In this document: piece by piece, positions 13,701 to 27,690 of the stretch
Position numbering within the stretch: position 1 is the stretch's first letter
Layout: each line of letters opens with the position of its first letter
Origin: Octopus sinensis
Lineage: Eukaryota
Direction of reading: 5' to 3'
Assembly (NCBI RefSeq): GCF_006345805.1
Contig: NC_042999.1
Span: 129,146,001-129,210,000 of the forward strand
DNA length: 64,000 nucleotides
The notes under the pieces: generated by a model
The model's database searches: none
What the model was told of the DNA's origin: nothing
What the model saw: the letters and a program-made list of their open reading frames with translations, nothing else
Made by a program: the position numbers and the translations under genes

Positions 13701-14929
13701 AATTTATACCTGTAAATACTAATTTGTTTTACATTATTAATCAGTAATAATTATTCAAAAAAAAAAATTAGGTATTGTACTTGACATAAAAGTAACATAA
13801 AATTTCTCATGAATAACACATGTTGTTTTCTTTTGTTTCCTTTATTAAGATAATCTCTTAATGATCAACCATTAAAAATGAAAATGCAGCAGAGACGTTA
13901 ATTTTGAAATTTTTTTAGGTTTAGTAAAAGTTCTTGTTTCTATCCAATAGGCAGCTGGTGTTAGTTCTAGAATTACATTTTTCAAGTTACTCTTAAGATT
14001 ATGTAAGATAAAATGTAGTCTTTATTAATGTTGCTATAAGAGATACTATTTTCTTTCTATGAATTCTACACATGAACTAACTGCCCTCCTTTAGTCTTAT
14101 TACTCATTCTCCATACAAGAATTGGCAGCATTGTTCTTGAAACTGATATTTATACAAATTATCTTTTTTTTTTAATTTTATGTTTTCCTTATAACAACCA
14201 TTCAGACATGAAGGAGTGAAAGAGTTACATACTAACACTCATGCATTAATCAACTTTGCATGCTGTTCTATTCTTCTTTAACAACCTTCCAGATGGAAAA
14301 GAGTTTAAGGTTTTGGTAAAATGCTAACCAAAGTCATCAGAGTGCATTCATCCAGTCATTTAATCCACCTGTTAGCTACAGCCTACAGCCTAGTATTGAA
14401 ATATATGCTAACATTTCCGTATTAATTTTAGAGTATTCTATAAAATACACGCTATTTTTTTAAAGTTCTTATTTCTCTCTGTTCTTTAGAACGTGGGTTA
14501 TATCTCACTAATAATGTGGTAAAACTGATACAAAATTAATTTTCTTGCTGATATCTTCTTATGATCATTCACTCCAATTTTTCATTCGTTAGTGCTTTGA
14601 TTTTCTTCAACTTCCAGTTTTAACATTTCACTGATATGTTCTCTCTCTAAAAGCAGTCTTGTTCCCATCAAATGGAGCCCTTCTTTACTGATTTAGCTAC
14701 AATCAGTTGAAGGTACACATTAAACTATGGTTATGTCCTTTCATCAACTTTGTACAACATATTAAAATAAAAATCTAATTATAACCATAAATATTTTAAA
14801 CTTATTCCCTGAACACCAAAGTATGTCTGTAAGCTACAAATATATTTATAAATATAAAGCAGATATTCTAAAAAACAGAAAAGGTTGTCTAATTAGCATT
14901 GTAAATACTAGTACTAAAACAATTTATAT

Positions 14930-14970
<41 letters not shown>

Positions 14971-15654
14971 CTTAAGAGAATATTTATTCATTATATAACT
15001 TCTGAAAAATAATACCTAGCTTCCAGAATAACAATAACTTCTTTTATGTAAGCTCAAAATCAAATATTCCTTTACAAATATCTGAATTGAAAAGTAAGTA
15101 AAAGGAGACACATTTCCCTAAAACAGGAAATAAAAATTAAAAAATTAAAATTGTAAGAGCCAACTGAAAAAAAAAAACAACGAAAAAGCAATAGACATCA
15201 GAAACTAATATAACTGCAATTTCAGCTGTGTAAATAGGAAACCAGCTTGTAATAAAAATTGTCTTGACAAACACAATCCAATTTGTGTCATTTCTGACCC
15301 CAGAACTAACAACAAATACAGAGTTAGCTATGACAAGCAGGCTTCAACAAAGACGTAACTATACAATTACAGACGCTATAAGCTGTTTATAAACTAAACA
15401 TCCTTTCTATTTAAATTATTGGACTTTATAGCATTTTGAATAGTAACAAGATTAAACTTCTGAATTTAACAAATATGCAAGATCAATATGATAAGTGACA
15501 AAACACTTTGAAAAAATTGTTTTAATAAAGTTTTGTGGTTAAACAAAAACCTTCAGCTAAGAAATTACAAATATTACAAAAAATAAAATGTTACTTAATA
15601 AAAAATTACAAAAGAATAAACAATCATAAATTATTGGACAATATTATTTACTAT

Positions 15655-15830
15655 GGCAGCAGCTAGCAGAATCATTAGCACACTGAGTGAAATGCTTTGC
15701 CATTTTGTCTATCCCTGCCTTCTCTGAGCTCAAATTCTGCTGAAGCTAACCTTGCCCTTCATTTTTTCAGGGTTCATCAAATAAGTACCAGGTGAGCACT
15801 AGGGTCGATGTAATTGACTTAGCTACACCC
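15655..15830 (+). mobile_element. tRNA-derived SINE, second head family
   Basis: GCTAGCAGAATCATTAGC..GAGCTCAAATTCTGC..ATAAGTACCAGGTGAGCACTAGGGTCGATGTAATTGAC. Confidence 0.75.
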
Positions 15831-17739
15831 CTCTGTCAAACCAATGTAGTAGAGTAGGCTCATCAAACTAGTATGATCTCAAGCTCACATTTACAGCCTC
15901 CACATCAGACCATGGTCGGTGGAGAGAACATGCTGAGGCCTCCATCCTGCAGTGGACTGAACATAGGCAGTCAAATCCAATTATTTACTAGGTTTATTAT
16001 AGTAGTTTAATGTGGATTATTGTCAGGATTCCATTTATAAATATATGGGACATTTAGTATAGGTATGCACAGAGAAGGGAAGAAACAAATAAGTATTAAA
16101 ACAATCATGAGCAAACTGCAGCCTGCCAGACTTTCTGAATGGCACATTAACGAAAAATTACTTTGAAATTTTTTAGTAGTGCAGCCTGCCTGATGACGAG
16201 CCATGTTTCATACAGTATGCTTCTTATAAAAAGATTAATCATACTTGTATAAAAGTTTGCTTTCAACTAAATGTTCTGGAAGATGGTTTCATAATTCATT
16301 TTAATTTATAATCTATCAAAAGATTTTGAATATTAGAAATTTAGAATTAACAAGTAGAACTAATAAGTGTGTAAAATAGTCTAGGAGTGGACTCATCAAA
16401 TGGAAATAACTAATTGATAAGGGAAAATAGCAATAAAAAAAAAATGTTACAACAAAAAAGCAAGTATAGAATAAGGTGGTATAAAATTTCCAGTAACTGG
16501 TACAACAAGTATGTTCATATTACAAAAATTAGTAGCTAATTACATCAAATCAAGCATCTTAAAGAATCCAGATAAGAGTCACTTAAAATCTTTATTCGTA
16601 GACTGAATTGTTCTAAATTAAACACACATCACTGAATTTCATTAGGATATCACTGAATACAGAGTATATGAAACAGTAAAAATGAAGTTACATCAAATTC
16701 AACAAGTAAAAAAGTTTTTCAGCTATTGTTTGAAGGAATTCTTCAGAAGAAGAAAAAAAAGCTACATTTGTTGAATTATTGACAGTCATTAAACTAAACA
16801 GAGGAGGATCATGTAATACATAGGAGTGGCAGAGACAGATTAGCATTTCTGGTGTGATGTAATTAACCAGACTAACTGGTTTCCAAAAAGAAAAAAAACA
16901 AAAAAACCCTGAAGATTATGCAAGTTTTATGGCAGCTTGACTATATATGTCTATTGTGTACAAAGTGTATAAGATTAGAGTGCTATATACATACACAACA
17001 CACATATGTAAATCTAGATTCATTATACTACAAAAAAAGTTCAATGAAATCATTTACACATGACTAAGCTGATGGCAATGTGCCATGAATTTTTATAAAG
17101 TACAAATAGTAAGGAAGAATGCTGAAAATTTTCTGAAGAAAATTTAAGAAAGTGTTGATGTCTATTGATGTTCAGTTACCAGTGGACTTTCCAATATTGA
17201 CTTGACTAGTGATAAATCAAAGTGGGGCACAAACAACACCTTTTGACAATTGAGATAACTTTATCTTGTATACTTGGCAAGTCAGTGAAATTAGTTATGG
17301 ACAAAAGGATTAATTTCTAAAATACTACAAGCTGGTAAACACAAAGATTGTAGAAAGTCATTCTTTGCTTACTAAGTTTTAGGTGACTGCCCCATCACTT
17401 TTTGTAGCAGTGAGAAAATAGGTCCAGCCATTCTTTACAAAATTTTAAGATAACACTTTTATTTTTATATCTCACAGAAGTGACTGTCTTCTATGTAGAA
17501 GTACCAGTAGAGGTCTATCTTCAAAAGGTTAAGAAATAATGTTCCTGATATACAGTGAAAAGTTCATTTGAGCAGAGTGTTCTACATTCAAAATTAAATT
17601 CAATCAAACCATTATTAGTTAATAAGCTTGCTTTACAACCACATGGTTCCAGTTTCAATACCATTGTGCAAATGCATTCTACTGTAGTCCAGAGTTGACC
17701 AATACCTTCTGAGAGGAATTTATAAATGAAAAGCAATGC

Positions 17740-20560
17740 AGAAACCCATTATTACCACTTTATGTCTACTCTTTCCGATGCTTGCATGGATTGGATAGGT
17801 CTTTTCCAACACAGCATCTCATCAATTATTGTGGTCCTTCGTCATTTTCTTCTTTTCATTCAGCTTTTACTACTACTTCATAAATCTTCCTCTTCTGCAG
17901 ATTCCTTCCACTTGAATTGCTTGGTAATTCTTTACCTAACTCGCATCAACCATATGCATTACATATCTGTACCAGCTCAGTCATGCATACATCTGAATCC
18001 TTTTATGCCTTCCCCAACCTCTCAACTCATTTGTACTCCATCATTCTTGCACACTAACATTATATGTCCAATAGAGCATGCCTGCCATACTTCTTTCCAG
18101 TTATTGCAGATCCTCCAAATTCAATGTCCATATTTTACTACCAGAAAACACTGCACTTTATATGCAGGCATCATACAACCTGTCATTCACTCAAAGAAAG
18201 AAATCTGTCTCTAGAAGAGTTCATACCTAAAACCTCCCTCCCTGAATTTTTTTTCCAAACCATTTTTACACTGATTACCATGTTTTTAGAATACTTTCCA
18301 CTACAGCTAATTAGGTAAACCAGACCACAAAAGCTAAGAATTACTTCTAGGAAGCCCTTCTAACATTTGAAAGACTTTATGATGTGTGCCCTTATTGCTA
18401 GCTTCTCTTGCACATCTCCTCATACAGTCCTTCTCTATGAACTTACCTGTGATCCCATTGCACCTCTTGGGTACCTGTAATTTACACTGGGTTCATCTGA
18501 TAAAATTTGTACCTACTCCTTTTCTGCATATCAAGCATGGTCACTTTCCATAGCATCCAGTCTTCTTTTCAACTAACTAAAACTTTTTCTTTGCTAGATT
18601 TTCTTTAAGAGCTTTTAGTTTTAGGCTTTGCTCCCAGGTTTGAAATTTTTTCCCTAATTCTTTGATAGATTCAACTATGAGAACCCGGTCGTCAGTATAC
18701 AGAAGTTTTCAGACAGCTAGTTTTAAATTCCTTTGTTATGGCCTGGAGAATTATAATAAACTACAGGCTACTGAGAACTAAGTCCTGATGAACACCTACC
18801 TATATGCTAAATTCCTCAGAGAAATTTCATCTTGATAACACAAACTAATCATCTACACAAAGCCTTATTAATGGTCGCCAGATTACTAAATGTGGTACTC
18901 AGTCAAAGGACTTCTTCAGGTCAACAAATGCTTTATTAAGAACTTTAGCTGTCTCACAAGGAAGAGGATATCAATAGCACCCTGTTTTGGCACAAAACCA
19001 AATTGCATCTTATCTGAGCTAATTTCCTTCCTGACTAGAAGGGTATGCCATAATTCTTACCAGTCTCAGAACTTTATGTAACAGTTTAACGTCTTCTTCT
19101 TTCTACTGCATCTCCTTTACCCAAGTAACAGTTGGTGATAATATTGCTATGCCATTTACTGGAAATTATTTCATTATTATTATCTAATGAACTATGCAAA
19201 CGATTTGTGCATGTCAGCAGATCATCTCAGATGATAATCTCTGATGATCCAACCATTTCAACTCTATAGCTGTTAATTTCAATACCTGGCTCCTCTAAGG
19301 AGTCTACTTCAGGTAATCTTTCTCACTTTCATGCATTCTCCTCATGTAGCAACCTCTTGCAGGACCATTCCTATGTCTCCTACTTCTCAGTAAGAGTGAA
19401 TGTGCTACCAACATTATGTTCATACTTTTCACCTATGATGTCCTGAATCAAATTGCGTTACAATCCAAAATGCTTCACACATATGATCAACAGAACATTA
19501 GTAAGCCTCTTTCTCTCTGCTTCTCTTCTCGATAAATATATTTGATGCCTAGCTTCTCTTCTAGCTAGCTGATTTTGTTCTTTTCTCTCCACATCCCACT
19601 TTCTTCAATTCTTTCCAGACCCATCTCTTAGTTTTTATGGCTTTATCCACCATACCATTCTGTCATCATATCACATTCCATCTAGCTAAAATTTTGCTCC
19701 CTACACAGATCTGATCTGTGGCTAGCAGTAAATTTGTTTCATAGGCTTACTTTCTCTTTCTCTTCAACATACAGATCATTTCTTTGAACCTACATCTGGT
19801 TGAAAAATACTTTAGCTTCCATAACTTCTGTCCCCAGTCACTTGTCTATGTTGGTACAGTCTTCATCAGAAAAAAAGACTTAATATTTCCACCCTGGTGA
19901 GTATGAAGATGATCTGATTTGCAAGTTTGCCAGTTTGCATAGTTAACAAGTTTTGTGAAGTTAGTATTGCAAATGGTTAAATCATCTGCATCATAAAATT
20001 CCAAGAGCTTTGATTGTCTTTATTTCTTGTACCATATATCAGGATAACCATCAAGGTATTGTTCAGCATGCTCACCATCTATGAACCTAAGATTGTTGTC
20101 AGGTGTTATCATGAAATCTACAAGAAGGCCTCATAAAAATGGGTCTTTTGCTTACCTATCAGTTGAAATTGTGGTACATATGCAAAGCTCATTATTGCCA
20201 TAATGTTGTCTATGACTAGTCTTAACTCAACTATTGTGTCACATACTCTGACTACCTCAATGACTACTCACTAACTCCAGTGCTGCTACCCACCCAGAAG
20301 ACTGAGGAAGAGAGTTGATGCAATCACTTAATGACAGTTGAAGAGTTCCTATTCAAGGCTCGATATTCCCACCTGATCACCCCACAGCTGTGTGCAGTGC
20401 TAATATAGTGTTAGGATTTTTACTGATTTGACTGACATTTTTGTGCAGCAGAATGCCCTTCTTGTCACAAATTACTTTTACAGCATGGACTTGGAGCATT
20501 TTATCATGCCACCTGCATTACTGAAACTGTCTGACAGGACTGAAAAATTGTTTACACCTT
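17740..20560 (-). mobile_element. Heavily decayed, near full-length RTE LINE (APE endonuclease and RT remnants)
   Basis: Minus-strand fragments KLLEFYDADDLTICNTNFTK (APE, ~19950-20000), GKGDAVE and RKEISSDKMQFGFVPKQGAIDILFLVRQL (RT, ~18950-19130), with many stops and frameshifts. Tail at ~17750-17800. Confidence 0.8.
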
Positions 20561-21024
20561 AGCAGCTTTTGTTCAGTCACCACTCTCTAAGGTGTATTGC
20601 TTTTGCTACAGCTTATGGAGTCCACAACTCTCTGCAAATTTTTATTTAAAATTATTGCTCTCTTTGACAGACTGTCTTTGTTTGGTTTGCAAAGTCCACA
20701 ATTTTCCCATGATGTGTGTGTGTGTGTGTGCGTGCGCACACATGCGCACGCATGACTGTACTTATATTTACCTGTGTAAGTTGATGTATCAGATTGCCTT
20801 CCTATATGCTGAAAAAGCAATTTCACAATTTGGTAAACAGAGGCTGATAAAGTTCCAGGTACATATATTATATGTTCTAGACTGTTCTATACTAATTTGA
20901 TGATAGTTTGTACTTAACTACTTTGTTTTAAAATTTCTCCTTTTTAATATTGATCAGAGTAACAAAATCTCATTTTCTTTTTTATTTTCTCCCTTTCATT
21001 TTCCAAATTAAAATTTAAACTTAC

Positions 21025-21074
21025 AGGTGTAACCAGAGATCAGTTGGGTTTGGTATTCCAATCTCTGATGCCAT
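21025..21074 (-). CDS. Putative internal exon (K)WHQRLEYQTQLISGYT
   Basis: Acceptor TGTGTATAG, donor GTAAGT, 50 nt, phase 2 to 1, open in the frame that joins 44042-44086. Confidence 0.45.
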
Positions 21075-21554
21075 CTATACACACATCTAATTATAATGTA
21101 CTTGTTTGACCTTTAAATGAATTACAATTAAACTGCTTTAGTTCTCATACTAACCACTTAGCTATTAGCATGTTACATATCTAGCTAATGGGAAAAAAAA
21201 ATTAAATACAAATTAACTATTTTCAGTGATGCTAAATTAACGGGGCAATTTTGCCTCTCTTACATAAAAATAAATTAGTAAAATGATTATGTACTAAATT
21301 AAAAGATTATTTATCATTAATAACTCTTGATATCTCCACCATTTTGGATAAGATAGCTTATATTCCATTGAACATTCTTAAGAATATTCATCCTACTTTT
21401 TTTCCTAAAATGAGAAATTAACTAAATCATTAACAGGCTTTTTTTTTATTTATTGTAGGATCTTCACATTAATTGCCTTAAGGTTGAGGACTTGGGCCAA
21501 TATTAATTCACAATACTGAAACAATTTATCAAACTATATATATTTTTTTTTACT

Positions 21555-21765
21555 TTTACTTGTTTCAGTCATTTGACTGTGGCCATGCTAGAGCAGCACC
21601 TTTAAGGGTTTTTAACCAAACAAATCAACTCTAGGACTTATTCTTTGTAGGTTTAGTACTTATTCTGTCAGTCTCTTTTGCTGAACCACTAAGTTATGGG
21701 AGCATAGACGTACTAACATCAGTTGTCAAGTGGGGGCACAAACACAGACACAAAGACACACACAC

Positions 21766-21812
<47 letters not shown>

Positions 21813-21955
21813 AACACACACAACAGGCTTCTTTCAGTTTCCATCTACCAAATCCACTCACAAAGCTTTGGTCAGCCTAAGGTTATAGCAGAAGACACTT
21901 GCCCAAAGTGCCACCATGTGGTTAGGAAGCAAGCTTCTTACCACACAGCTATGCC
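21555..21955 (-). mobile_element. tRNA-derived SINE, type A tail (..GACTGAAACAAGTAAAAG)
   Basis: CTTTTACTTGTTTCAGTCATTTGACTGTGGCCATGC..CAAATCCACTCACAAAGC..GAAGACACTTGCCCAAAG. Confidence 0.8.
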
Positions 21956-22689
21956 ATTTTAACATATACAAAAGTTTAGGTGTCAAGCAAAAAACTTTTT
22001 TGTATCAATTCAAATTATTACACTTCTCCTACAAACATTTGTGATACAGTGCAATATAAGGAATCACTATTCACGCACCCTGTCAAACCATCCAACCAGT
22101 ATGGAATATGGTGTGAGTTTTTATTATATTTATTATGTTTGTACCTTCACTTTTTATATTATTATGTTTATACTTAGTTTTTGAAGGAATATCAGTATGT
22201 AATTCCCTTTGATGATATTCACAAAATTTAAATAAAACTAACATACAGAAAAATAAAATTGCTTCGGGGTTTCTGTCACTATATTTCTCTGAGATTTTTC
22301 TCTATAATAACACCACAATCCACTCTGGTTGACTGCTTTTAGCCTCCTAGCCTAAGATTTAAAAAACAAAATCTAATCACTACTTAGACTTTTAGCGACT
22401 AGCTTTCCATCAAACATTTTTCTTACAAATACGTATGCAGGCACCAGGCACACAAGTGTGTGCTCATGCATGCTTACAATTCTCTTCGTTTATTATTCAG
22501 ACTGAAATACAAGTAATGTGGTATGAAAGACAAGATGCAAAGATCAGGAGTTGGATATAAACACAAATGAGTGTTTTCATTTCTGAGCTGAAATACCTTA
22601 CCAACAAAATTTATAGGTACACCAATATCGCCATTATCATCATCATCATTATCATCTTACCAATATCACCACCACCACCACCACCATCA

Positions 22690-23085
22690 TTTTAACAATT
22701 ATTTTTCCATATTTGCATGGATGAGACAAAATTTTTGCCAGCTGGATGCCATTCATGTTATCAACACTCACTTGTTTCCAATCAAAGTTATATTTCTAAT
22801 GATTGAACATGTTTCCATGGAACAATGGAAATGAATGGCACTGCCTGTATGACAGTGAGGCACACTTACAACTACTAACTGATGTCAAGACAAGGAACAA
22901 CAATCACACTCACAGACACTCATGCACACACAAAAGGCTTCTTTTATTTTATGTCAACCAAATCTACTCACAAGGTTTTGGTTGGCCCATAGCATTAAAA
23001 GAAGATACTTGCCCAAGGTGCCATACAGTAGGACTGAACCCAAAACCATGTGGTTGGAAAAGCAAACTTCTTAACCACACAGCCA
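22690..23085 (-). mobile_element. tRNA-derived SINE, type B tail
   Basis: Core GATACTTGCCCAAGGTGCCATACAGTAGGACTGAACCC, plus the RTE-like tail. Confidence 0.75.
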
Positions 23086-23093
23086 TTCGCACA

Positions 23094-23161
<68 letters not shown>

Positions 23162-23839
23162 TGTATGTGTGTGCTTCTTTGAAAATTACTGAGTTGCAAG
23201 TTTGGACATTGTTGTCACTTCCTCAATCAACAAATCATCTGCTGGCTTTGGGCCTGAAGGCATGTGGAATAAGAAACCCCTTACTTGAAGAAGAAATAGG
23301 AGTAACAGAAAGGGCATCTGAATGCAAAACAGTACCCAGTGATATATTCATCTAACACATGCTAGCATGAAAAAATTAACAGATATAAAAGCAAAAGGAT
23401 AAATGAAAATGTGTGTCCCTCAGATATATATATATTTTCTTTTAAATTGTCACTAAATACTAGATTCCTACCAAATCTTGGGAACCAATTTCTTCTCTAA
23501 TTACCTAGATCAAAGACTTCCTTTCAATTTGCTTCAAATTTCTCCCAGGCCTACTCAAGTAAGCAAATAACAAAGAAAAAAAAACTAAGAAATATTTTTG
23601 TTTTTGTAGCCTATATTCACAAATTACTCATTATTTTATTTTCACATTTTTATTGTTTCTTTTCATGAAAAAGTTTATACATCATATATTTCAGACAAAT
23701 GCATTGCACTCAAGAGCTTGTGACTAAATCCATAAAGTTTATTTTTATCCCCATCAACTTTTATTCACTGCTGAATTACCAGACGGTATCACAGTATCCT
23801 GGTGCTTCTTCCAGCATTTAAGGTATTCAATAGTAGGAA

Positions 23840-24075
23840 AAGTGGTGCCACGTAAAATGTACTCATGCCAGTGCCATGTAGAAGCGCTTGTGATGGTGGC
23901 ACGTTAAAAGCACTCAGCACATACTGTAAAGTGGTTGGAATTAGAAAGAGCATCAAGCCACAGAAACCAACCAACATCAAACTGGAACCTGGTGCAGCTT
24001 CCCAGCTCTGGTCAAACCATCCACTCCGTGCCAGCATGGAAAATGGATGTCAAAGGAGGATGATGAAGATGATGA
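23840..24075 (+). mobile_element. RTE/SINE 3' tail fragment
   Basis: GGTGGCACGTTAAAAGCAC..GTGGTTGGAATTAGAAAGAGCATC..CCAGCATGGAAAATGGATG..GATGATG. Confidence 0.7.
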
Positions 24076-25410
24076 CAATAAAAAGTAAAGTCAACCTCAG
24101 CAGCATTTTGTCTGGCATACTAACAATTCCACCAGCTCTCTGCCTTTTAAAGATGAATAAAATAATGAAAATATCTAAACACAAGTCAAAATGGAACTAA
24201 CGAAAAAACGTTTTTAAAAAGAAATTTTTTTAAGATAAAGAACATCGTTTAAAAAACTGTGACATTCAAAACTGTCTGTTGTTATCTTACAATATAACTA
24301 CTGTAGCTTGTTGACAAATGAACAACAATAACAAAAATCAAAAAGCTTTGTTTCAATAAATTTAACCAAGCAAACTCATGCAAGCATGAAAAAAAGAAAA
24401 TCAATTAAAAAGAAGACAATGATATAATAACAGTCCAACTCAAATGCTTTTAACAAAACCAGAAATATTTTTTAAATAATGGTGTTATGTGGAAAGAAAT
24501 AATATTACAAAATGATCTTTCATCATTAGAAGTTTTCTATTGAGATTAAAATAGAAAAATAGTTCAGCATTCGGGTTTGATAAAAGTTTCAATAAAGTAG
24601 GAACTTGTAAATGGAATAGAATTGGTTGACCACAACTTTACAAATTTCTCAAGTTTCACAATTTTATACAAAAAAAAAAGTGGCGTGGTTAGCTGAAAAT
24701 ATTAATATATATACATAGGATTAACTTTTCAATTCACAAGCTTTAGAAAAGCAGAACACTAGATATTAGAAAAATTCCTTAGGAAACCTGTTTTCCATAT
24801 TAGACATGAAGCTATTTTCTTCAGATGGAAGAGTTAAAGGACTTGCCTAGGAACATAAACAAAACCTAACAATTTTGAAATAAATTTGAAAACATGAAGG
24901 ATAACAGAGATAAAATGCATGTATAGGGTCGATGAAAGCTGGGCTTCTACAAAGGTTGAGATGAGCTGGGATAAAAAATACAATAAAGCACGGTATATGC
25001 ATTTATTTTCAGCAGTTGGAATTTCTAACAGCAGGAAATGATATATAAGCATTTCCTTTATTTAATGATCTGTTTGTAAATTCCATTTGAGTGTCATGAA
25101 TGTAATAATACCCATTGCTTTAAGTTTTGTCTTAAAATTTATCAGTATTATTAAAACATTAACAAAAAATTCTCAGCAGAGTAGAAATCACTTCATGAGT
25201 TGATTTAGGGGCTAAACTTAATGTGTATTTATTGAAAAACCATGAAAAGTTTAATTTATAAAAAGCAATTTGTTTTCAGATCAATAGTATAAACACAAAA
25301 TTGCATTATATACATGAAGCTGCTGAAGGTCATATAAATGAAAAGATGACAGTGATGAAAATGTTCTATGTAGAGTTAAGTATGAATATACTTTCCAAGT
25401 TGTACTACAG

Positions 25411-26745
25411 CAGGGATCATCAAACTTTTTCATAGTGGGTCAGACATAGCTAAAAGAATGCCAAGTGTGGGCCAGATAAATATTTTGTTCAATTGAGTAT
25501 AATATAGAATACACAAAAAATATTTTGTTCAATTGAGTATAATATAGAATACACAAAAAATATTTTGTTCAATTGAGTATAATATAGAGTACACAAAAAA
25601 TAAAGACAGTCATCCTATTTATTTATCAATATATTAAAATACACAAAATAATAAAAAAAAAAACAATAAACATATTTTAATAATACCAAAATATTACCAA
25701 ATTAGAATTTTTTTAAAAAGTGTGCACATAGCTGACTTGCATAAAAAGTAAGCAGTGCAAAAGTTAATGAGATTTGTGAAACTGGCATTTTGCTTCCAAA
25801 ATATCATCAACATTTGCTTTATGATTTTTGTGGCCAACCATAAGAATTGCAACCAATGTTGCAATTAATACCAGGAATGAACACAAGAAGTTGTGACGTA
25901 CTAGAGAGATTAATAGACTCATCCATTGCAAGAGAATATACCACAAAAATTTCTTAGCTTTCTCATGTATGTGTAATTGTATATTCTCTCCAAGTTCTTC
26001 TATTCTCTGCACAATTGAACATGCTGAAAGGCTGATACAGCCAAACATGTTAGCTTTTTCAGGACAAGTCATTTGCTGCTTCCATCATGCACTCTTTTAT
26101 AAAGTTTCTGTCAGTAAATGGTTTTCCTTGCTCTGCCAACTTATTCAGTTTTGTAACTTACACGAGTGATAGATTCATTTTCAACAAACATTTTCGTAAA
26201 GAAATTCCTTTGAGATTCCAAACTACATTTCATAGATTCAAATTTCTTGGACTGAGAGATGTTTTGCTTCATAGTGACGACAAATATTGTAATGTTTCAT
26301 AACAGCAACACTTTCATTGCATATCAGGCAACTAGCTTTCTGGTCATTTGTTTCCACAAAGAAGTACTTTTCTTCCCATTCTTTATTGAAAATGCAACAT
26401 TCATCATCAACCTTTCTCATTTTAGTAGATGAAGAAAAAACAAAAGCAGTCTTAAACCTCAGCATCAGATATTCTGGTTTTAATTGTAGTCAATAATAAC
26501 TGACTAGCCTGAGGCACACGTGATGTACTGTAGTAATTATTATTGCACATGAAATACACAGCGTGTGACGTGACTGACTCAGTATACATACGACATGTAT
26601 AATCTAAGAAATGTAAGAAGCAGTATAAAAGCATGTTTTTTCTTAGAAGTGTAAGAAGCAGTATAAAAGCATGTTTTTTCTTTTTTCAGCATACGACAGC
26701 AGGCCGGACAAATTGACATCGTGGGCCATAGTTTAGTAACCCATG
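25411..26745 (-). mobile_element. Internally deleted hAT DNA transposon (SPIN/GTF2IRD2-like transposase N-terminus)
   Basis: ORF 26238-26465 RKVDDECCIFNKEWEEKYFFVETNDQKASCLICNESVAVMKHYNICRHYEAKH is a BED-type CxxC..H..H finger typical of GTF2IRD2/SPIN. Termini CAGGGATCATCAAAC / CATGGGTTACTAAAC; TSD TACTACAG / TACAACAG (7/8). Confidence 0.88.
25481..25600. repeat. 40-bp tandem repeat x3 inside the hAT element
   Basis: TATTTTGTTCAATTGAGTATAATATAGAATACACAAAAAA at 25481, 25521 and 25561. Confidence 0.95.
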
Positions 26746-27084
26746 TACAACAGGATTTAAAAATAATGCCAATCATAATATTTCAATTTTGAAATGAAGG
26801 ACATCAAAAAATAAGTGCATGTGTATAGCACTTTTCAACATTCAAATGGGCGAGAATGTTGTTTATAGATGGAAGGTTTGGATAAGTTACTAGGATATAA
26901 AAATGAATAAGTTATCCAAAAGAGAAAAAGTTTGGAGTAATTTTTCAATTGGGTTTGCTTGGGCATAAAAAAAATGAAAGTTAAGAGTAAAATTTAGGAA
27001 ATAACAAAACATATAACTTAAAACATAAAAACTCTTCATTCAAAGTAGTTGGACGATTTTGAAAATGATCTCTCATAGGTGCAG

Positions 27085-27690
27085 ATATGGCTGTCGTGGT
27101 TAACAAGTTTGCTATAGATGTAGACATGACCATATGATTAAGAAGTCTGCATCCCAACCACATGCTTTTTGGTTCAATCCAGTGTGCAGCACCTTAGGCA
27201 AGTATCTTCTATCATATCCCCAGGTTGACCAAAGTCTTGAGAGTGGATTTGGTGTATGGAAACTGAAAGATCATATGTGGGTGTATTACCATCATCATTT
27301 TAACATCTACTTTTCCATGCTTGCATGAGTCTCACAAAATTCATTGAGGCAGATTTTCTTCAGTCAGATACCCTTCCTGTCACCAATCCTCACTTCCAAA
27401 GTAATATTTTCCCATGGCTGGACATGCTTTGTGGAAGATTGCAAACAAATGACACTGCTTGTATGACAGTGACAGCCATTTACAGCCACCCCATGATATT
27501 AAGGCAAGGAGATAAAAAACACACACATACAGCCAAATATAAAGACATACATGATGGGCTTCTTTCAAATTTATCAACCAAATCTATTCACAAAGCTTTA
27601 CTCAGTCTGGAATTCACAGTGGAAAACAATTGCCCAAATGAACCCAAAAGTGCATGGTAGGGGAATGAACTTCTTAATCTCACAATCATA
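27085..27690. mobile_element. Two SINE copies in opposite orientation, abutting (+ 27085-27290; - 27290-27690)
   Basis: The plus copy has CACCTTAGGCAAGTATCTTC..GAGTGGATTTGG..GAAACTGAAAG. The minus copy has GGGCTTCTTTCAAA..CCAAATCTATTCACAAAGC. Confidence 0.72.

Noticed and set aside
14590-14695. Minus frame KEGLHLMGTRLLLEREHISEMLKLEVEENQSTNE*
   Set aside because: The acceptor is poor and the phase is incompatible with the 21025 donor.
17477-17528. Plus-strand mini-exon EVTVFYVEVPVEVYLQK
   Set aside because: It is isolated, the donor is weak, and I found no compatible plus-strand partners.
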